This document shows, piece after piece, positions 57,162 through 64,000 of a stretch of 64,000 nucleotides of DNA; position 1 is the stretch's first letter; each line of letters begins with the position of its first letter. A program made the translations under genes and the position numbers. This stretch comes from Dictyostelium discoideum (Eukaryota). Below the pieces are notes generated by a model, which saw only the letters and a list, made by a program, of their open reading frames with translations, had not been told where the DNA came from and searched no databases. The DNA is taken from the NCBI GenBank assembly GCA_000004695.1, contig CM000150.2:3712001-3776000 (forward strand), read 5' to 3'.

Positions 57162-58134
57162 TTATTGATAATCATATGATTTTGTACGAGGAGCACGACA
57201 AATACGAATAATTAAAAACAAGGCGAAAAGCATACAAATAAATTCGATGACGCCAATTGAAACAGCAGCAGCACCAACCAAATAAAGATTTGAAGAGATT
57301 TTTGAAGAGATTACACTATCACAAGTATCGGTATATTTTGGAATACCTTTTGAATCCTTTGGACAAAGTAAAGGGTTTCTAGAACTGGTTGAATTCCAAT
57401 AGCAACATTTTAAGAAATTTTCTAATTTCAAAATTGTAGAATTCTTTGGACCATTTGATACATCTTCCCAAGCATTTCCAATTTGTTTAACAACATCATC
57501 ATTATGTAATGTTAAAGCTTTACCACCAACACCAATTAATGCAACTAAAATAATTAACATTAACATTGTATAAATTACCAAACCAACCAATTTCTCTTTT
57601 CCTGCCACAAAACAGCCAATAACTGTTAATATAACAAAGAAAATACCAATAACCAATACACCTGCTGGTGCTCCAGTTGTTAAATTTGAAAGTGCAGCTG
57701 AAGCTTTTGAAACTTTTGTAAAATCTTTAAAATTTGAAAAAAAGCTAACACCAATACTACCAATAATTACTTTTTTTTTTAAAAAATAAAAAAAAGAAAT
57801 AAAAGAAGTTTTTAAAAAAGAAAAATAAAAAATAAAAAAAAGAAAAATAAAAAAATTAATAATTAATATTTTTGAATAAATATAATAATAAATTTTATTA
57901 ACTAATAGTTCTTACCTAAAACTAAACCAAGAACCTATAATAATAATCAAAAAAAAAAAAAAAAAAATAAAAAAAAAATAAAAAAAAAAAAAAATAAAAA
58001 AAAAAATTAATAATAACAATTTATTTAATAAAATAATTAAATATAAAGCTTACCCAAAGAATAGTATTAAATGCAATTAATGGAACTTTAAGATATCTTG
58101 GAGTATTAGGAATTAAATTTGTTGTATCAACCAT
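57162..58134 (-). CDS. Tetraspanin, about 235 aa
   Basis: Three exons on the minus strand: 58134..58054 (donor GTAAGC), a 19-nt micro-exon 57934..57916 (GTTCTTGGTTTAGTTTTAG, phase 1; donor GTAAGA) and 57769..57162; total 708 nt. There are four transmembrane helices. The large extracellular loop carries the CCYWNSTSSRNPLLCPKDSKGIPKYTDTCDSV Cys pattern (CC...C...C). Confidence 0.8.
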
Positions 58135-58733
58135 TTTATTATTATTATTATTATTATTTTTTAAAATTGTTGTGGCAATGAATAAAAAAAGAAATTTAAA
58201 AATAATAAAAATATAAATATATATATATATGTATATATAATTTGTATTATATTAAAATAATAAAATTAAAAAAAAAAAAAAAATGATAATAATAATAAAA
58301 GTAAAAAATAAACAAATTTAAATTATTTATAATAACAATATTAATTATAATATAACCGTCAGTTTGTATTAAATTAGTATGGCAAAAATAGAAAAAATAA
58401 AAAATAAAAAAAACAATAAAAAAAAACAAATGCGATGTTATTTGATTGTGTTTTTTTTTTAAAAAAAAAATATATAAATTTTTAATATTTATTTATTTAT
58501 TTATTTTTTGTAAATTAATTGGTTATGTTAATGTATATCAATGGAAAATTATTATTTTTTATTATTATTTTTATTTATTTTTTTTTTTAATTTCAATTTT
58601 TTTTGTTTTTCAATCTGATTTTTTTTTTTTTTTTTTTATTTTTACTTGTTTTTTTTTTTTTTTTCCACAACACCCACTATATATATCTACCATTATTTTT
58701 GTGTGAAAGTGTGCTTGTGTGCTTGTGTGTTTC

Positions 58734-58773
<40 letters not shown>

Positions 58774-59005
58774 AAATATAATAAAAAAGTAAAGAGAGAA
58801 AAAAAAAAAAAAAAAAACAGTCAAGCATACAAATTTCAATCCCTTTCTTTATATCATATTAACAGAAAGAATTTTGTAATCTACAAATACCCCACACTTT
58901 AAAAACAAAGATAAACAAAAGAAAAACAACACAACACATCAAAAACAATAATAATAATACCTACAAAAATAAATTAATAAATAATATAATATAATATTGA
59001 AAAGA

Positions 59006-59126
59006 ATGAATATTGAACAACAACAACAACAACAGCAAAGCATTGGTATGATATGATATAAAAACCTTCTTTTTTTAATGGGAATTTATTTTATTTAAAA
59101 TAAAAAATAAATAATAAATAATAAAT

Positions 59127-59163
<37 letters not shown>

Positions 59164-59407
59164 GAGACTAACTTATAATTTTAAAAACAAATAAAAAAAA
59201 TAAAATAATATAAAAAAAAAAAAAAAAAAAAAAGTGGAAAGAGATCCATTCTATAATAAAAGTGTATTAGTAATTGATGGTGCAATTCAACAATTAAAAC
59301 CAGAATTATCAAATGAGATAATGGATGATTTAAGAGCCAAAGTTAAAGATTTAGATAAAGATAATTGGATGTTCGAAACAAATCATTCCCATCATTTTAA
59401 ACATTAA
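59006..59407 (+). CDS. Hypothetical small protein (about 70 aa) with an N-terminal Q7 tract; two exons
   Basis: Exons 59006..59045 (donor GTATGA, phase 1) and 59235..59407. The peptide is MNIEQQQQQQQSIVERDPFYNKSVLVIDGAIQQLKPELSNEIMDDLRAKVKDLDKDNWMFETNHSHHFKH*. It resembles no family that I recognise with confidence; a roadblock/LAMTOR-like fold is one possibility. Confidence 0.35.
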
Positions 59408-60003
59408 AATAATTTAATATTAGTAATAACAAAAAAAAAAAAAAAGAAAAAAAAGAAAAAAAAGAAAAAAGAAAAAAAAAATATATATATAATAATTATA
59501 AAAACAAAAAAAACAAATGAATTGTTAAGTCTAATTGATTTGTAAATAATTTTTATAAAAAAATAATAAAGTAAAATAAAATTGGAATTGATATTTTCTT
59601 TACACAAATGTTTTTTATTTTTTTTTTTTATTTTTATTTTTTTATTTTTATTTTTTTTTTTTTATATATTATTATTTATTTATAATTTATTATTTATTTA
59701 AATTAATAATAAATCATATTTTAATTTATTCTGTTATTTTATTATTTTTTTTTATATTAAATTTTTTTTTTTTTTTTTTTTTAAAAAAAAAACATTGTTG
59801 TCAATAATGGTAATATGAAAAAAGATTGATCAAAAAAAAAAAAAAAATAAAAAAAAATAAAAAAAAAATAATTGTGAGATAACGTGAAAAAAAAAATTAA
59901 AAAAAAGTTTTTGAAAAAAAAAATTTTTATGCGAGTGTCGGCATGTTGTGAAATTTTTTTTTTTTTTGTGAAAGTTTTTCGTTTTCATTATCTTTTATAC
60001 AAA

Positions 60004-60650
60004 ATGGTATGTGGAATCTATGATCCTATATATATAAAATATTACATATAAATAAATTTTTTTTATAATTTAGAATTTGGCTATTTAGATTAAGATAGTT
60101 AATGATGATAGATTAAAGATTAAAGATTAAAAAAGATTGGATTAAAGGGGGAGAGAGAGAAGAGAGGATAACAGAAACAGAGATATCACTAATCATAGAC
60201 CAACACCAATTATCAATCTATCATAAAACCAACATGAATCTAACAAAAAATAAATAATAATTAATACAAACAGGTCAACATCCCAAAAGCCCGTAAGACT
60301 CACTGTGTCAAGTGCAACAAACACACCCCACACAAGGTTACCCAATACAAAGCTGGTAAACCAAGTCTTTTCGCACAAGGTATGTATCTAGAGAGGAGAG
60401 AGAAAACCAAACAACAACAAAAACTAATATATAATATAATAATATAGGTAAAAGACGTTACGATCGTAAACAATCAGGTTTTGGTGGTCAAACCAAACCA
60501 GTTTTCCACAAGAAAGCCAAAACTACCAAAAAGATCGTACTCAGAATGGAATGTTCATGTGGTTACAAGAAACAACAAGTTTTAAAGAGATGTAAACGTT
60601 TCGAACTCGGTGGTGAGAAAAAATCAAAGAACGAAGCTATTAAGATGTAA
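60004..60650 (+). CDS. rpl36a: 60S ribosomal protein eL42 (L36a/L44e)
   Basis: Exon 1 is the start codon alone (60004..60006), with a GTATGT donor directly after it. Exon 2 is 60274..60379 and exon 3 is 60448..60650. The peptide is [103 protein letters not shown]. These exons are GC-rich islands typical of highly expressed Dictyostelium genes. Confidence 0.9.
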
Positions 60651-61420
60651 ATTTATTTTAATATTAATAGTCTAGAAATAAAGATAAACCTACAAAAAAA
60701 AACCATTTAAAATGTCCCTTTATCAGGAATATATTTTTCTTTTAAAAAAAATTTATTGAGGAACCTTTGGAGAAAAAAGATTTATTGGATTACTCTATTT
60801 AAATAATTTGTATTTTTTTAATTTTTATGTTTCATTCATTGTCTTATTTTTATTTTATTTTTTTATTTTTGCCAAATGGAGACTCTTAACGAATAAAAAA
60901 AAAAAATCCAATTAAAAATGGGCTTTCTTGGATTTAAAATTTTTTAAAAAATAGTTTTATTTATATGTTTATAAGGTTTGATATGATTTAAAACATTTGG
61001 ACAAGAATATTGGTTTTTAAAATAGAATTTCTTTTTATTTTCTTTTCCAAAAATAACTTTTTTACAATCCAATTTTTATTATTTGTCTAATAAAAGAAAA
61101 AAAAATTAATAATTAATCAATCAAATTTTAAAAAACAAAATGAAATTGGAAAAAATTATTATTATAAAAATAAATTTGGAAAGAAGAAAAAAAAAATAAT
61201 AGAAATAATTTTTAAAATTATTATAGAAATAATTTTTAAAATTATTTTTAATAATTATTTGAATTATTTAAAATTATTTTGTCTTTTAAATAATTTTGAA
61301 TTGTATAAAATGGGTTATTATTTTATTCAAATAAAGTGGTGAATTTAAAAAAAAAAATAAAAAAAAATAAAAAAATAAAAAAAACAATTAAAAAAAAAAA
61401 ATTGAAATAAACTTTAATTT

Positions 61421-61455
<35 letters not shown>

Positions 61456-61566
61456 TTTTTGTTTTTTTTTTTTATTTTTTTTTATTTTTTTTATTTTTTT
61501 TTTTTTCAAACACTAGGGGATAATTATTCTTTTTATTTTTTTTTTTTATTATCATTATAATCACTT

Positions 61567-61603
<37 letters not shown>

Positions 61604-61812
61604 ATATTAATAAAGAAAAAGGAGAATTAATGTTTACCAATTGATATAAAAAAAAGAAGAAAAAATAAGAAAAAAAAAAAAACATATATAGGGAAAAAAA
61701 AATACAAAAAAAAAAACAAAAATCATTTATCATTAGCAGATTCTTAACAATATAAAAGGAAATAAAAATAAAAATTAAAAAGAAGAAGAAAAAAAGAAGA
61801 AAAAAAAAAAAA

Positions 61813-63000
61813 ATGATTACATGCCCAGAGTGCAAAACTGAGTATGAAAAAGAAGCAAAATATTGCTTCAAATGTAGAATAGCCTTTACAGATGATTTAC
61901 CAGAGAATATTTCTAAATATCTTAGAAGAACTGTATGTTATACTTATATATATATAACTAAATTTAATATTAATCTCATTAAATTAATTTTTTTTTTTTT
62001 AATTTTTTTTTTTTTTTTTTTTTAGCCATCAACATCAAATATAACAAGTACACCAATAGTTAGAAATGATAAACCACCTTTAACTCGAAATCCATCAGCA
62101 ACAGGTTCAACAATAACACAACATCATTATAAACCACCATTACAAGGTGGAAACACATCATCTGTATCATCATCAACAAATGTATTTTCAATAAATAATA
62201 ATAATAATAGTAACAACATTAATAATAATAATATATCAAATAGCTCTAGTTTAAGTAGTGGAAGTTTAAATAATGGTAATATTAGTTTAATAAATAGTGT
62301 TGGTAGTATAGGTAGTAGTAATACAACAAGTAGTATAGGTAGTAGTAGTAGCGGTGGTGTTAATAGTAATATGATAAATAGTGGTGGTGGCACAAGACCT
62401 AGGTTACAATCATCACCCGTTCATCCAACAAATCCATTACCACCATTACCACCAAATAATAGTAGGATGTCTGTACCAGTTTCAACATCCCCAACCATTA
62501 GAACACCACCACCACCACCAACCACAGCAACTAGTACAGGTACTTCACCAATAAATTCTTTAAATAATAATAATAGTAACAATAATAATAATAATAATAT
62601 AATAAATAATGGTAATAATAAACCACCAATTAATTCAAACAATAGAACAATTTCACCAATAAATACACCAACCACATCAAATACTGTAACTTCACTTAGT
62701 AATAGTAATGATTTTTCAAATAATTCAAATATATCTTCACCCCAATTTACAAACGATATCAATAATACAGCACCATTTTCAAAGAGACCACTTTCTCGTA
62801 GAATTCCACCACCACCACCAACTAAAAAGTTGGCTCGTGCAAAATGGGATTGCGTACCAGAGCAAGAAGGTGACTTAGCATTTGTTGCTGGTGATATCAT
62901 TACAATCATTAGTAAAGATGATGATGGTTCAGGTTGGTGGTTAGGAAGTGTTAATAATGTTGCTGGTATGTTTCCGGGTAATTATTGTGAGGAAATTTAA
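61813..63000 (+). CDS. Protein with an N-terminal zinc-ribbon-like segment (CPEC...CFKC), long Asn/Ser/Pro-rich linkers and a C-terminal SH3 domain; about 364 aa
   Basis: Exons 61813..61932 (donor GTATGT) and 62026..63000. The SH3 domain is ARAKWDCVPEQEGDLAFVAGDIITIISKDDDGSGWWLGSVNNVAGMFPGNYCEEI. There are several PPPPP and PxxP tracts. The antisense ORFs 62127..62393 and 62421..62909 on the track are artefacts. Confidence 0.7.
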
Positions 63001-63692
63001 AAAAATTCCCTTTTTATATAAAACGAATAATCCAAAATTGATTAAATGGAAATTAAAAAATAAAAATAAAATAATATATAATAAAATAAAATAAATAAAA
63101 AAAAATTAAAAAAAAAAAAAAAAAAAAAGAAACCAATTGTATTATCACCGCTCAATATTTCCAGAAATAATAAAAGTATAAAAAAGAAGAAAAAAAAAAA
63201 AAAAAAAAATAAATAAATTTAATATATTAAAAAATAAAAATAAAAAAAAAAAAAAAAAAAAAAAAAAAATGAAAATATTAAAAATAGAAAACAAAAGTAA
63301 TCTAGTATTTTATTATGAGTTTTAATATAGTAGTTCAAGTGGATCGACAAGTTCAAATAAAAAATCTCTCAAAAAAAGGTCTCCAAAAATAAAATTAAAA
63401 AAATAAGAAAATTTTTTTTTTAAAAAGTGCTTTTACCCTTTTTTTATTTTTCACAATAGTTATTTATTAATTTGGAAAAAATTATTTTTAATTGGGTGAC
63501 CTATATTTGGAATTAAAAAAAAAAAAAAAAAAAACAACAAACTAGGATAAAATTTAAAAATAACAAAAAAAATTTAAAATAAACAAAAAAAAATATTGGG
63601 ATTTAAAAGAAAAAATATTTTTTTTTTTTTTTTTTTCATTTTTTAATTTTTTATTTTTTATAAAACTTAGGTATAAATTCAATTAAAGATAG

Positions 63693-63945
63693 ATGGATAC
63701 AAGTGCTGTATCTTATTTATCTTCTATTGTTTTAAACAATAATTATAAAGAATGGAATAATGAAAAGATAATAAAGTGGCTTTCAGATACAAAAAAAATA
63801 CAAAAAGTTATAGTTTTCAAAATATACGAAATCACAGGAAGAGATTTAGAATTTTTATCAGATAAAATATTATTTAAAATGGGTGTTGGAATTCGTGACC
63901 TTTTATCCTTTAAAAGTGAATTCGAAATTTTAAAAAATAATTACG

Positions 63946-64000
<55 letters not shown>
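63693..64000 (+). CDS. Partial CDS (3' end lies outside the window): N-terminus of a protein with a SAM-like domain, running into a poly-Asn tract
   Basis: The peptide MDTSAVSYLSSIVLNNNYKEWNNEKIIKWLSDTKKIQKVIVFKIYEITGRDLEFLSDKILFKMGVGIRDLLSFKSEFEILKNNYDNNNN... contains the pattern W...ITG..L..L....L..MG...G....L. Confidence 0.45.

Noticed and set aside
58247-58902. The ORFs 58247..58429, 58446..58706 and 58603..58902
   Set aside because: Poly-Phe and poly-Lys homopolymer artefacts upstream of the tetraspanin gene.

Overview
The window is AT-rich amoebozoan nuclear DNA with the hallmarks of Dictyostelium discoideum: about 75-80% A+T, long homopolymer A/T tracts, (AAT)n-encoded poly-Asn and poly-Gln, short GT...AG introns, and coding islands of ordinary composition. 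It is therefore eukaryotic, and I looked for no operons or CRISPR. I built splice models by hand from the six-frame track; every multi-exon model below sums to a multiple of 3. Gene order, start to end: (1) the C-terminal part of a lysophospholipid acyltransferase gene. (2) A 15-kb cluster of three related genes whose products have a cell-surface G8/beta-helix ectodomain: two single-pass receptor-like protein kinases (one with a pseudokinase-like catalytic domain) flanking a GPI-anchored beta-helix protein transcribed divergently from the first kinase. (3) A roughly 590-bp inverted partial duplicate of the 3' end of an M1 aminopeptidase gene, whose intact copy lies 4.6 kb away; the spacer between them holds a decayed Harbinger/PIF-like transposase remnant. 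(4) Housekeeping genes: COA6, a Rac/Rho GTPase, LYRM7, imidazolonepropionase, a frizzled/smoothened-like 7TM receptor, a LysA-type diaminopimelate decarboxylase, a WRAP53/TCAB1 homologue, importin-7/8 and an LEA-like protein. (5) An approximately 9-kb gene-poor, repeat-rich island (40.9-49.7 kb) holding a 90-bp perfect palindrome inside a candidate Cys-rich ORF, minisatellites, an array of short GC-rich units each bracketed by A- and T-runs, a 53-bp palindrome and roughly 190-bp tandem repeats. (6) Three degenerate dispersed copies of a previously unnamed paralogue family (42.2, 49.7-50.9 and 55.9-57.0 kb), and an interspersed repeat present in inverted orientation at 27.5-28.3 kb and 45.8-46.7 kb. 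(7) An SK/IK-like K+ channel gene with a non-canonical selectivity filter, a 4-TM protein, a tetraspanin with a 19-nt micro-exon, ribosomal protein eL42, and a zinc-ribbon/SH3 protein. All identifications rest on motif recognition from the translated sequence and remembered family signatures; no database search was run.
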